A stretch of 64,000 nucleotides of DNA from Scyliorhinus canicula. Its lineage: Eukaryota. The stretch is taken from contig NC_052161.1 of the NCBI RefSeq assembly GCF_902713615.1, positions 4,133,698 through 4,197,697 of the forward strand, written 5' to 3'. Below the pieces are notes generated by a model. That model saw nothing but the letters and a program-made list of their open reading frames with translations, was not told the origin of the DNA and made no database searches. This document shows, in pieces, positions 12,419 to 24,584 of the stretch. Made by a program: the position numbers and the translations under genes. Each line of letters begins with the position of its first letter. The first letter of the stretch is position 1.

Positions 12419-13584
12419 ATTAAAGGATGGTGTGTAAGACTTTATAAAACAGGATTGATGTGTATACGGTGATGCTCAAACTACTCCACAGTAGGTGATG
12501 TCTGTGACCTGGACACCCACAGAGCAGGAGGTCCATCATCTGCAGAAACCCGGCTGACAGTTTCAAATGTGTAGAAACATGGATAGTGAATCTGCAATTG
12601 AGCCATTTGTGTGTTATCTGCTGGCTGAGATAAGCTCTGTTAACAAGTTCCCTCTGTCAGACCAGCCTTTCTTTATGAAGGTTATTTGCTGTTCCCCATT
12701 TACTCTTGTTGTCAGAAATGTTCCTAAGGCTGGGGCCATCTCCACATGCAGCCACACACCGGCCTGACTTGGAAATATATCGCCGTTCTTTCACTCTGGT
12801 TGGGTCAGAATTCTGGACATGCCTAATAGCACGGTATGTGTACCTACACCAGACAGACTACAGCGGCTTAAAGCAGAAGCTCATTACCATCTTAGGCACA
12901 GGAAATAACCCTGGGCTTGCCAGCTACACATCCTCAGAATTAAGTTGAAGAACAATAGAAATAGATGATTAATGGGACAGCATTACAGGCGTTCCTCGGT
13001 TCCATGTGAAGGAAAGTAGCCCTGGTAATCCAGAGCTTCACCAGTACTCAATGCAGTGTCAGCTGTAATTGCATTTCCAAGTCCTGGAACAGGGTTTGAA
13101 GTCATAAGATTCTAACTTACAGTGGAGACTGCTATTGATGAAACAAACTCGGTCTTCAAAATAATTCTAAAGGAAGTGGAGAATCTTATTAAAATAACTC
13201 AAGACTGGCAAATCTCGAGAATTATTTTCGAAGCAGATGCTTGAATATACATCAGAGTTAGAGAGGATGTGAGCAGACAATGATGGCAGGACAAACCGAG
13301 GTGAGCATGCCAGGGTAAGGAGCTCATCCAGACAGTCGTCAGGCACTTCAGTTCATTCTGAAGGTTACATATCTGTCCAATGGGGTACCGCTGCCACCTG
13401 CTGGCAAATAAAGTCAATGCAGCACCCACACATTTATTTACTGAAAGTTGCACAGATTTACTTACAAATATGTTTGAAATAATATTTTGTGCTTATCAAA
13501 TTAACAGATGCTGGTAATTAGATAATGGAAGACAGTGTCAGTACAAAAGGGATTCGATGCAGAGTACAGTTTATTCTACATTGT

Positions 13585-14322
13585 CTCTTCAAACTGTCCC
13601 CATCAAACACTCCCAGAGCAGGAACAGCACGGGGTTAGATACAGAGTAAAGTTCTCTCTGTACTGTCCCCATCAAACACTCCCAGGACAGGTACATCACG
13701 GGGTTAGATACAGAGTAAAGTTCTCTCTGTACTGTCCCCATCAAACACTCCCAGAGCAGGAACAGCACGGGGTTAGATACAGAGTAAAGTTCTCTCTGTA
13801 CTGTCCCCATCAAACACTCCCAGGACAGGTACAGCACGGAGTTAGATACAAAGTAAAGCTTCCTCTACACTTTCCTCATCAACCACTCCCAGTACGGGGC
13901 TATTTACAGAGTAAAACTCCCTCTACACTGTCCCCATCAAACACGTCCAGGACAGGTACATCACGAGGTTAGATACAGAGTAAAGCTCCCTCTACACTGT
14001 CCCCATCAAACACTCCCAGGACAGGTACAGCATGCGGTTTGATACTGAGTAAAGCTCCCTCTACACTGTCCCCATCAAACACTCCCAGGACAGGTACAGC
14101 ACGGGGTTAGATACAGAGCAAAGTTCCCTCTATACTGTCCTCATCAAACACTCCCAGGACAGGTACAGCATGCGGTTTGATACTGAGTAAAGTTCCCTCT
14201 ACACTGTCCCCATCAAACACTCCCAGGACAGGTACAGCACGGGGTTAGATACAGGAGGATAAACCTCACTCTACACTGTCCGTATCAAACACTCCCGGGG
14301 CAGGTATAGCAGGGGGTTAGAT
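13585..14322 (+). repeat. 69-bp minisatellite (CTGTCCCCATCAAACACTCCCAGGACAGGTACAGCACGGGGTTAGATACAGAGTAAAGCTCCCTCTACA), ~11 units
   Basis: Period measured from 13594 to 13663 = 69. The same repeat occurs reversed at 48470-48652. Confidence 0.95.
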
Positions 14323-14689
14323 ATAACCACTTGTATTTATACAGCACTTTTAAGCTGTTTCACCGGGTGATATGAATCAAAATGTGATACTGAGCCACAG
14401 GAGGTGATATTTGGTCAGATGACAAAAAGCTTGGTCAAAGAGTTGAGTTACAAAGAGTATCTTACAGGGGAGGTGAGCTAGAAAGGTTTAGGGAGGATTT
14501 TCAGAGCTCAAGGCCTGGGCAATGAGTGCATAGCCACCAAGGTGCAGCAATGAAATGAGGGATATTGAAGAAGCCAGGATTGGACAGATACAGAAATCTT
14601 TGGCATTTCATAAAACATAGAGAAATACAGCACAGAACAGGCTCTTCGGCCCACGATGTTGTGCCGAACTTTTGTCTTAGGTTAATCAT

Positions 14690-14905
14690 AGATCATAGAA
14701 TTTTGGACACTAAGGGCAATTTATCATGGCCAATCCACCCAACCTGCACATCTTTGGACTGTGGGAGGAAACCGGAGCACCCGGAGGAAACCCACGCACA
14801 CACGGGGAGGACGTACAGACTCCACGCAGTGACTCAAGCCGAAATCGAACCTGGGACCCTGGAGCTGTGAAGCAATTGTGCTATCCACAATGCTACCGTG
14901 CTGCC
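14690..14905 (-). mobile_element. HE1-type V-SINE inserted in the CR1 3' UTR
   Basis: Reverse complement of GGGCAGCACGGTAGCATTGTGGATAGCAC..AAATTCTATGATCTATG. Confidence 0.88.
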
Positions 14906-14906
14906 C

Positions 14907-17900
14907 TTAAGAACAAATTAATCTACACTCCATTATTCTACCATAATCCATGTACCTATCCAATAGCCGCTTGAAGGTCCCTAATGTTTCCGACTCAACT
15001 AGTTCCACAGGCAGTGCATTCCATGCCCCTACTCTCTGGGTAAAGAACCTACCTCTGACATCCCCCCTATATCTTCCACCATTTACCTTAAATTTATGTC
15101 CCCTTGTAATGGTTTGTTCCACACGGGGAAAAAGTCTCTGTCTACTCTATCTATTCCTTTGATCATCTTATAAACCTCTATCAAGTCGCCCCTCATCCTT
15201 CTCCGTTCTAATGAGAAAAGGCCTAGCACCCTCAACCTTTCCTCGTAATTCCTTTCTTGAATTTCTTGAATTCTGTTTAATTCCCTTTTCTTCCCATGTA
15301 CTGAATGATCTGTTGAGCTGCTTGCAGAAAAATACTTTTCACTGTACCTCGGTACACGTGACAATAAACAAATCCAATCCAATCCAAGACCTACTCTCCA
15401 TTCCAGGCAACATCCTGGTAAATCTCCTTTGCACCTTTTCCAAAGCTTCCACATCCTTCCTAAAATGAGGTGACCAGAACTGCACACAGTACTCCAAATG
15501 TGGCCTTACCAAGGTTTTGTACAGCTGCATCGTCACCTCACGGCTCTTAAATTCAATCCCTCTGCTAATGAACGCTAGCACACAATCGGCCTTCTTCACA
15601 GCTCTATCCACTTGAGTGGCAACTTTCAAAGATCTATGAACATAGATCCCAAGATCTGTCTGCTCCTCTACATTGCCAAGAACCCTACCGTTAACCCTGT
15701 ATTCCGCATTCATATTTGTCCTTCCAAAATGGACAACCTCACACTTGTCAGGGTTAAACTCCATCTGCCACTTCTCAGCCCAGCTCTGCATCCTATCTAT
15801 GTCTCTTTGGAGCCGACAACAGCCCTCCTCACTATCCACAACTCCACCAATCTTCGTATCAGCTGCAAATTTGCTGACCCACCCTTCAACTCCCTCATCC
15901 AAGTCATTAATGAAAATCACAAACAGCAGAGGACCCAGAACTGATCCCTGCAGTACGCCACTGGTAACTGGGCTCCAGGCTGAATATTTGCCATCCACCA
16001 CCACTCTCTGACTTCTATCGGTTAGCCAGTTCGATATCCAACTGGCCAAATTTCCCACTATCCCATGCCTCCTTACTTTCTGCATAAGCCTACCATGGGA
16101 AACCTTATCAAATGCCTTACTAAAATCCATGTACACAACATCCACTGCTTTACCTTCATCCACATGCTTGGTCACCTCCTCAAAGAATTCAATAAGACTT
16201 GTAAGGCAAGACCTACCCCTCACAAATCCGTGCTGACTGTCCCTAATCAAGCAATGTCTTTCCAGATGCTCAGAAATCCTATCCCTCAGTATCCTTTCCA
16301 TTACTTTGCCTACCACAGAAGTAAGACTAACTGGCCTGTAATTCCCAGGGTTATCCCTATTCCCTTTTTTGAACAGGGGCACGACATTCGCCACCCTCCA
16401 ATCCCCTGGTACCACCCCTGTTGTCAGTGAGGATGAAAAGATCATTGCCAATGGCTCTGCAATTTCATTTCTTGCTTCCCATAGAATCTTTGGATATATC
16501 CCGTTAGGCCCGGGGGACTTGTCTATCCTCACGTTTTTCAAAACGCCCAACACATCTTCCTTCCTAACAAGTATCTCCTCGAGCCTACCAGTCTGTTTCA
16601 CACTGTCCTCTCCAACAATATGGCCCCTCTCGTTTGTAAATACTGAAGAAAAGTACTCGTTCAAGACCTCTCCTATCTCTTCAGACTCGATACACAATCT
16701 CCCGCTACTGTCCTTGATCAGACCTACCCTCGCTCTAGTCATTCTCATATTTCTCACATATGTGTAAAAAGCCTTGGGGTTTTCCTTGATCCTACCCGCC
16801 AAAGATTTTTCATGCCCTCTCTTCGCTCTCCTAATCCCCTTCTTCAGTTCCCTCCTGGCTATCTTGTATCCCTCCAGCGCCCTGTCTGAACCTTGTTTCC
16901 TCAGCCTTACATAAGTCTCCTTCTTCCTCTTAACAAGACATTCAACCTCTCTTGTCAACCATGGTTCCCTCACTCGACCATCTCTTCCCTGCCTGATAGG
17001 GACATACATATCAAAGACACGCAGTACCTGTTCCTTGAACATGTTCCACATTTCACTTGTGTCCTTCCCTGACAGCTTATGTTCCCAATTTATGCACTTC
17101 AATTCTTGTCTGACAGCATTGTATTTACCCTTCCCCCAATTTTAAATCTTGCCCTGTTGCACGCACCTATCCCTCTCCATTACTAAAGTGAAAGTCACAG
17201 AATTGTGGTCACTACCTCCAAAATGCTCCTCCATTAGCAAATCTATCACCTGTCCTGGTTCATTACCAAGTACCAAATCTAATATGGCCTCCCCTCTGGT
17301 CAGACAATCTACATACTGTGTTCGAAAAGCTTTCTGGAAACACTGCACAAACACCACCCCATCCAAACTATTTGATCTAAAGAGTTTCCACTCAATGTTT
17401 GGGAAGTTGAAGTCACCCATGACTACTACCCTGTGACTTATGCACCTTTCCAACATCTGTTTTCCAATCTGTTCCTCTACATCACTGCTGCTATTGGGGG
17501 GCCTATAGAAAACTCCCAACAAGGTGACTGCTCCTTTCCTATTTCTGACTTCAACCCATACTACCTCAGTAGGCAGATCCTCCGCGAACTGCCTTTCTGC
17601 AGCTGTTATACTATCTCTAATTAACAATGCCACACCCCTACCTCTTTTACCATCCTCCCTAATCTTGTTGAAACATCTATAACCAGGGACCTCCAACAAC
17701 CATTTCTGCCCCTCTTCTATCCAAGTTTCCGTGATGGCCACCACATCGTAGTCCCAAGTACCGATCCATGCCTTAAGTTCACCCACCTTATTCCTGATGC
17801 TTCTTGCGTTGAAGTATACACACTTCAACCCATCTCCTTGCCTGCAAGTACTCTCCTTTGTCAGTGTTACCTTCCCCACTGCCTCACTACACGCTTTGAC

Positions 17901-17960
17901 GTCCTGAACATCGGCTACCTTAGTTGCTGGACTACAAATCCGGTTCCCATTCCCCTGCCA
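14907..17960 (-). pseudogene. CR1 ORF2 (EN-RT) broken by one in-frame stop (TAA at 17142-17144) and a 139-bp insertion (15248-15386)
   Basis: ORFs 17142-17879 and 15339-17102 are in one frame separated by ATT TAA AAT. MESRS|YEERL is split by the insertion. Confidence 0.9.
15248..15386 (+). mobile_element. 3' tail of a Rex1/Babar-like LINE inserted into CR1 ORF2
   Basis: Ends TTTTCACTGTACCTCGGTACACGTGACAATAAACAAATCCAATCCAATCC, matching the tail of the Rex1-like copy ending at ~50039. Confidence 0.7.
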
Positions 17961-17962
17961 AA

Positions 17963-18889
17963 TTAGTTTAAACCCTCCCGAAGAGTACTAGAAAACCTCC
18001 CTCCCAGGATATTGGTGTCCCTCTGGTTCGGATGCAACCCGTCCTGCTTGTACACATCCCACCTTCCCCAGAATGCGCTCCAATTATCCAAATACCTGAA
18101 GCCCTCCCTCCTACACCATTCCTGCAGCCACGTGTTCAACTGCACTCTCTCCTTATTCCTAGCCTCGCTATCACGTGGTACCGGCAACAAACCAGAGATG
18201 ACAACTCTGTCTGTCCTGGCCTTTAACTTCCAGTCTAACTCCTAAACTTGTTTATTACCCCCTTTTTCTACCTACGTCGTTGGTACCAATGTGCACCACG
18301 ACTTCTGGCTGCTCACCCTCCCCCTTCAGGATCCTGAAGACATGTTCCGAGACATCCCTGGCCCTGGCACCCGGGAGGCAACATACCTTCCGGGAGTCTC
18401 GCTCCGACCACAGAATCTCCTATCTATTCCCCTAACCATTGAATCTCTATTACTATTGCTTTTCTATTCTCCCCCCTTCCCTTCTGAGCCCCAGAGCCAG
18501 ACTCAGTGCCAGAGTTCTGGCCGCTAGGACCTTCCCCCGGTAGGTCATCCCCCCCCAACAGCATCCAAAACGGTATACTTGTTTTGAAGGGGAACGGCCA
18601 CAAGGGATCCCTGCACTGTCTGCCTGTTAGTTTTCTTTCCCCTGACTGTAACCCAGCTACTCTTGTCCTGTACCTTGGGTGTGGCTACCTCCCTGTAACT
18701 CTTCTCGATAACCCCCTCTGCCTCCCGGATGATCCGAAGTTCATCCAGCTCCAGCTCCAGTACCTTAACACGGTCTCTGAGGAGCTGGAGTTGGGTGCAC
18801 TTCCCACAGGTATAGTCAGCGGGGACACCAGTGGTATCCCTCACCACCCACATCCTACAGGAGGAGCATGCAACTGCCCTAGCCTCCAT
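17963..18889 (-). pseudogene. CR1 ORF1 with at least 3 frameshifts
   Basis: 8 G instead of 7 at 18549-18556, one G lost in the GDS esterase motif near 18447, and a further 1-nt loss near 18405. Confidence 0.8.
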
Positions 18890-19769
18890 CCCCTCTTACT
18901 TTACAGAATATAGCTATCCTGTGGACCAACTGGACCTCCGCCCTCTGACTCTGCTCCCAGTCAGCTGCACTCTCTGTAAACTCCTGGCTCCCTTCTTGCT
19001 CTTTGCAGAAATGAAATGAAAGGAGCGCCTTACTCCCTCCTCACCTAACTCCCTCAGTCACCAAACTCTCACTATAGCATTCAAATGCACCAAGTTCAGC
19101 ACTCCCTCAGTCACCAAACTCTCACTGTAGCACTCAAATGCACCAAGTTCAGCACTCCCTCAATCACCAAACTCTCACTGTAGCACTCAAATGCACCAAG
19201 TTCAGCACTCCAGTGCAAACAAAGTCTGCACTGTAGCTGGATCCTTTTTATACTGTGAATCTAGCCTCTGAAAACTGGCCTAATCCAATTAACTAATTAA
19301 CAAGCTCCAGCTGGAAGTACCTACAAGTAGAACCTTGTTTAAAGCTGATTCAAAATTCACCTTCTTCCAAACCAAACATCAACTTTTAAGTTAATTAACT
19401 AAATAAAAGAAATACTAGACTTGAGATAAAAATGACCCTTATACTCCCTCAGTCACCAAACTCTCACTGTCGCACTCAAATGCACCAAGTTCAGCACTCC
19501 AGTGCAAACCTGGACAAAGTTACAGAAATAGGGAGGGTTGAGGAGATGGAAGAGCCAGTGTAGTTGATCCCTATTGCCTTCTTATTTCAAATCACTAGCA
19601 AAGCACGGACCAGAACTTGAACCTGTGCCCTTCTGTCTATTCAGATCATTGTGATTCAGTGACACGCTTGTTATGGTCCAGCAGGTGGCAAGTGCAGTGC
19701 AAACCAAATCCCAAAGGGAAACTTGGCAAGCTATCACAACTAGCTTCTATTTGTATTTTACTATGAGAA

Positions 19770-21790
19770 GATAAATGTACTTAAGTCAGGAGACACAAAT
19801 TCCACAACACTTGAAAATTTTAAATATTAAATTGAAACATTTATTAATAACCGAAAATAAAACTCGACAGGGCTGCCGACTTTCTCCACTCCTGTTCGCT
19901 CTGGCGATAGAGCCACACTCTGTAGCTTTGAGGTCCTTGAGTCAGTGGAGTGGTATTTCTTGGGATGGAGTGCAGTGTTGAGTGTCCCTCTATGCGGATG
20001 GCCTACTTATTTATATTACGGATTCAGCCCCCTTCATAGACGGCATAATGAAGTTGCTTAACACCATCGGCGCCTTCTCGGGGTATAAACTCAACTTCGC
20101 TACGAGTGAATGTTTCCCAGTTAACCCTCTGGGAGGTGAGCCCAATTGGAGATGTTACCGTTTTATCTTTCTAAGACTAGTTTTTATTATCTGGGGGTCT
20201 GGGTGGCCCATAACTGGGTCTCATCTCGCAAGTTGAATTACATGAGTCTGGTTAATAGTATCAGAACGGATTTGCAGAGGTAGAAGCCTTCCTCTATCCT
20301 TGACAGGTAGGGTTCAAACTATTCGAATGAAAGTGCTCCCGAGGATTTTATTTTTCTTTCAGTGTCCTCCCATTTTTCTCCTCAAGTCCTTTTTTATCAA
20401 GGTCAATAAATTGATATCCTTGTTTATTTGGGTGGGTAAGAATCCTAGAATCTGCAGCGCTGTGCCCCAAAGGGACAGACAGTGACATTCTGTCCCTGGC
20501 TTGGCCCTCCCCAATTTATTGTTCTATTACTGGGCTGAAAACATTCAACATTCTGTTGTGGAGTTGTGTCCCCCAAACTATTGGAGAACGGACGGAGCTC
20601 TACTTTTACTCATCTGGCCATAATCACTGCACCGTTGCCCTTTTCCCCAGCTAGATTTTCCTCAAACCCAGTGTTGATCTCCTCTCTGATGATTTGGAAA
20701 CATTTGAAGCTCCTTTCGCTGTCTTCACCAGCCCCTATTGGCAACAATCACCTTTTCCTGATGTCCGGCTTGGACTCAACATTTAAATCTTGGGAAGTGA
20801 AGGGCCTGGAGCAGATTGGGAACCTGTTTGTGGAGGGGAGGTTTGCCAGTTTTAGGGAGTTAGCTGATAAATTACAGTTGCCCAACTCCAGCCTGTTTCG
20901 GTTTTTGAAGTTTGTGACTTCTCACATAAGGCTTTTCCTTCCTTTCCTCTGGCACCATCTTTTTCCTTGATGAGGAGGATTCTGTCCCTGGCTTGGCCTG
21001 GCGAGGGGTCTATTCTGGACCTGTACAGCCATATTCTTTCATTGGATTCTGCTCCATTAAGCGGCGTGAGGGTGAAATGGGAAAGTGAGTGGGGCCCCAT
21101 TCTTACTGAGTGTTAACTCCACATCATCATGTGTCTGGCTGAGCCTGATTCAGATTAAGGTCCTGCACAAAATGCAGTTGACTGGAGCAAGGATGAGGCT
21201 TTTTTTCCCAGATGTAGAGGATCGGTATAATCGCTGTTCTATTGGTCCGGCTAGCCACTCGCACATGTTCTGGTCCTGCCCAAACTCATAGGCTTCTGGG
21301 CTTCATTCTTTAATACTGTGTCAGAGATACTTGGTGTAGATTTAGACCTGTGTCCACTGGTGGCCATATTTGGGATGACCGATTCACCAGTGATTCAGTC
21401 TGGGGTAGAGGCGGATGTTGTCGCCTTTGCCTCACCAACATTCAGAGGTGAATATCGTCTGGGTGGCAGTCTCCCATTCCGCCCAGTGCCTCTGCTTTGC
21501 TGGGTGACTTAATGTCGTTCTTGCATTTGGAAAAGGTCGAGTTCACCATGGTGGGGGGGGCCAGTGGGGAGGTTCTATCTGAGATAGTAACCATTTATTT
21601 ATTTTTTTAGGAGTTAGTCACCGTCAGTTGTTCGGGGTTTAGGTTAGGTTCAATATGTTAATTATGGATTGTGTGTTTTGGTTTTACTTTTATATTTGAT
21701 TGTGATCTTTTTGTATTGATCGTTATAAAAAAATTAATAAACATATTTTCTAAACAACAACAGAAAATAAAAAAACACAAGATTACATTT
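19770..21790 (+). mobile_element. 5'-truncated L1/Tx1-clade LINE (degenerate RT and C-terminus)
   Basis: TRQGCRLSPLLFALAIEP, SLYADGLLIYI, FSGYKLN, LPNLLFYYWA, HMFWSCP; A-rich 3' end. Confidence 0.85.
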
Positions 21791-21844
21791 ACAGTTAAAC
21801 TGAGTCTTACAGAAAATTCCCCCATAAAGATTCTTACTTGATAG

Positions 21845-22045
21845 CGCAGCACGGTGGCACAGTGGTTAGCACTGCTGCCTCACGATGCCGAGGTCCCAGG
21901 TTCGATCCCGGCACTGGGTCACTGTTTGTGTGAAGTTTGCACATTCTCCCCGTGTCTGCGTGGGTTTCCCCACAACCCGGAAATGTGCAAGGTAGGTGGA
22001 TTGGCCACGCTAAATTGCCTCTTAATTGGAATTTTAAAAAAATAT
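21845..22045 (+). mobile_element. Short V-SINE with A-rich tail
   Basis: A/B boxes and V-core as at 5248. Confidence 0.88.
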
Positions 22046-22152
22046 ATAAATGAAGAAATAACCCTTAGGCAATAGTATTATAGATATTTAATCTATAAAA
22101 GCCCAGTAATATTACCACAAGGCACACCCCACTATTGCTGTAGTGAAGGGGC

Positions 22153-22317
22153 NNNNNNNNNNNNNNNNNNNNNNNNNNNNNNNNNNNNNNNNNNNNNNNN
22201 NNNNNNNNNNNNNNNNNNNNNNNNNNNNNNNNNNNNNNNNNNNNNNNNNNNNNNNNNNNNNNNNNNNNNNNNNNNNNNNNNNNNNNNNNNNNNNNNNNNN
22301 NNNNNNNNNNNNNNNNN
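22153..22317. other. Assembly gap (165 N) next to a (CT)n/(CTCG)n microsatellite (22318-22505)
   Basis: Run of n followed by CT repeats. Confidence 0.99.
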
Positions 22318-22959
22318 CCTCTTTCGCTCCCCCTCTCTCGCTCTCCCGCTCTCACTCTCTCTCCCCCTCTCTCTCGCTCTCCGCTTTCACTCTCTCTCTC
22401 TCTCTCTCTCTCTCGCTCGCTCCCTCTCTCGCTCTCTCACTCTCTCTCCCTATCTCGCTTTCTCTCTCGCTCTCTCCCTCTCTCTCGCTCTCTCTCCTCT
22501 CACTCGGCTGTGCAAATTCCAAACTTTAAAACAAAACCCTGCTCTGGAACAGACAACTTTTCTGAGTTGGTTGAAAACTGCTTACTTTTGCTTCTTTTCT
22601 CAGCTCCCTCCCACCACAGAGCACACCCCGGATGTCTCACATAGCCACTCCTCAAAACAGCCTCCAACCTCTCTTTCAATATGTCTTTTCTCTTTCATCT
22701 TTTCCCATTGTCCTTATGCTTCTTTGAAATGCACCTTTTCCAGGATATACAAATGTTTTATGTTCCCCTAATAGCCACCACTTTTGGGTAAAATGAAATC
22801 GAATAGCCTTGCCTTACATATCTGTGACCCCAGCTGTAACCCCCTTTTTATTTCCCTTTTAAATGTAATTTGTAAACACAACAAATCATGGTTATCTCAT
22901 TATCTCCTAATGCAAATTTCTGTTCATGTCTTATTTACCTGAAGAACAGTAGGAGTGTG

Positions 22960-24570
22960 GACTGGAGGATTATGTGTGGTTGCATGTCCTAAGCCCTCCA
23001 TTAGAGCCTTGTCTCCAGTCATTTTGGACCCTCTGGCCACTTGACCAAAGCATTGCTTGGTCAAGCCCGTGTGGTAGATGGTGTGCAATGACCACCCCAC
23101 ATTAAAGAACTGACGCACAGGAATCTTCCACTCCTTAAAATGAAGTTTTGGCACTGGAACATCAGGACCCTCGTGGACAGTTGGAACAGCGACAGACCAG
23201 AACAGCGTCCTGTTATCAACACCCTGGTGCTGATGCGTTTCAACTTTGGCATCGCTGCCCTGAGACCCAGCGGGCAGGGGACAGCCACCTTAAGGAACAA
23301 GGTGGCTGTTACACCTTCTTCTGGAAAGGTAAATCAGAAGATCGTTGCTTCCACAGGGTTGCCTTCTCCATTAAAAACAAATTAGTTGGTCATAATAGAG
23401 ATTGCGCTTGCGAAGGTGCCTCATGAACCTTCAGCTCACTCGAGCCCAGAACAAGTGTGCTACAGTCCTCAGCATGTATGCCCCAACACTACAAACCTGA
23501 ATCCAAAGAGGAATTTTACTCCAGCCCTGAACAATTCTTGGCCCGAGTCTCAACAGACAACAAACTGATCCTCCTTGGCAACGTCAACGCCAGAGTTGGA
23601 AAGAACACACACCTCTGGGGAGGTGTAATCTACTGAGAGGGGGGTAAGGAAATCCAATGGTATGCTGCTCCTGACAAAATGCCTAGAACACAGCCTTGTT
23701 ATTACCAACACCGTGTCCCATCAGAGAGACAAGTGCAAGGCCTCATGGAGACTCTGATAAGAGAGCGGCACGCTGGTTAGCACGGCTGCCTCACGACGCC
23801 AAAGTCCCAGGTTCGATCCCAACCCTGGGTCACTGTCGGTGTGGAGTTTGCACATTCTCCCCAAATCTGCGTGGGTCTCACCCCCACAACCCAAAGATAT
23901 GCAGGGGAGGTGGATTGGCCATGCTAAATTGGCTATTAACTGGAAAAAAAATTATTGGATACTCTTAAATTTATTTTTTACAAAGACTCTGATAAGAAAG
24001 GTCTATTCAGCCAGCGCCTCATTGCCGACCTGATGACTTTCCGTGATGCAGAGTGTCCACAATGTCTGGTCTGTCTCAAGGCCCCCATAATCAGCACCTG
24101 AGAAGAGATGCTTGGTCACGCGACCAGGAAACACCAAGGCTGGTTTGATGACACTGACCTGGAAACCAGGAGCTGAGAAGCTGCAAGTGCAAGGCTTTTC
24201 TGAACTTGAAACAGCAACGTGACTCGAGAGCAAGAAAGCAGCTCTCCTGAAGGCTGAGGTCCAGCAACAGACACGTGACCTAAAGGACAGATGGTGGGTG
24301 GAGAAAACGTGGGAGTACCAGCAATTTAGTCGACAGCCATGATGTGCGAAGTTTCTTCAACAAAGTCAAGACCACTTATGGCCCAAACACCCAGGGCCCT
24401 ATCCCACAGCTGACTTAGAGTGGAGACGTGCTCATCACAACAGAGAGGCAGTCGGCACCTGCTGGAAAGTGCATTTTGAAGATCTACTTAACGGACACTC
24501 TGGGCACAATCTCACAAAAAAACCCAGTCCGTTCTGGGCTGGTGCTACCTGCTATCTATTGGCACTCTTC
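22960..24570 (+). mobile_element. RTE/BovB-like LINE, 5' part (endonuclease), degenerate
   Basis: WNIRTLVDS, LILLGNVNARVG, NGMLLLTKCLEHSLVITNT are RTE-clade endonuclease motifs; interrupted by a SINE at 23763. Confidence 0.75.
23763..23983 (+). mobile_element. Short V-SINE with 14-bp TSD
   Basis: AGACTCTGATAAGA at 23749-23762 and 23984-23997. Confidence 0.92.
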
Positions 24571-24584
24571 TTTTTTGGCAGCCC

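Larger units (their letters stand above)
14609..19509 (-). mobile_element. Full-length CR1 LINE (inactive): 5' monomer UTR, ORF1 (Zn-finger/leucine zipper plus SGNH esterase), ORF2 (APE endonuclease plus RT), 3' tail
   Basis: ORF1 starts at 18889 (CSSC..CGKC, QLLRDRVKVLELEL, I(G)DSMVRGID, DGLHPN) and ends at 17963. ORF2 has [52 protein letters not shown]. Tail CTGTTCTGTGCTGTATTTCTCTATG at ~14611. The host L2-like sequence rejoins across 14608/19510. Confidence 0.93.

Noticed and set aside
15339-17879. An active autonomous CR1 or a domesticated RT gene
   Set aside because: A nonsense codon between EN and RT, a 139-bp insertion in ORF2 and at least 3 frameshifts in ORF1.
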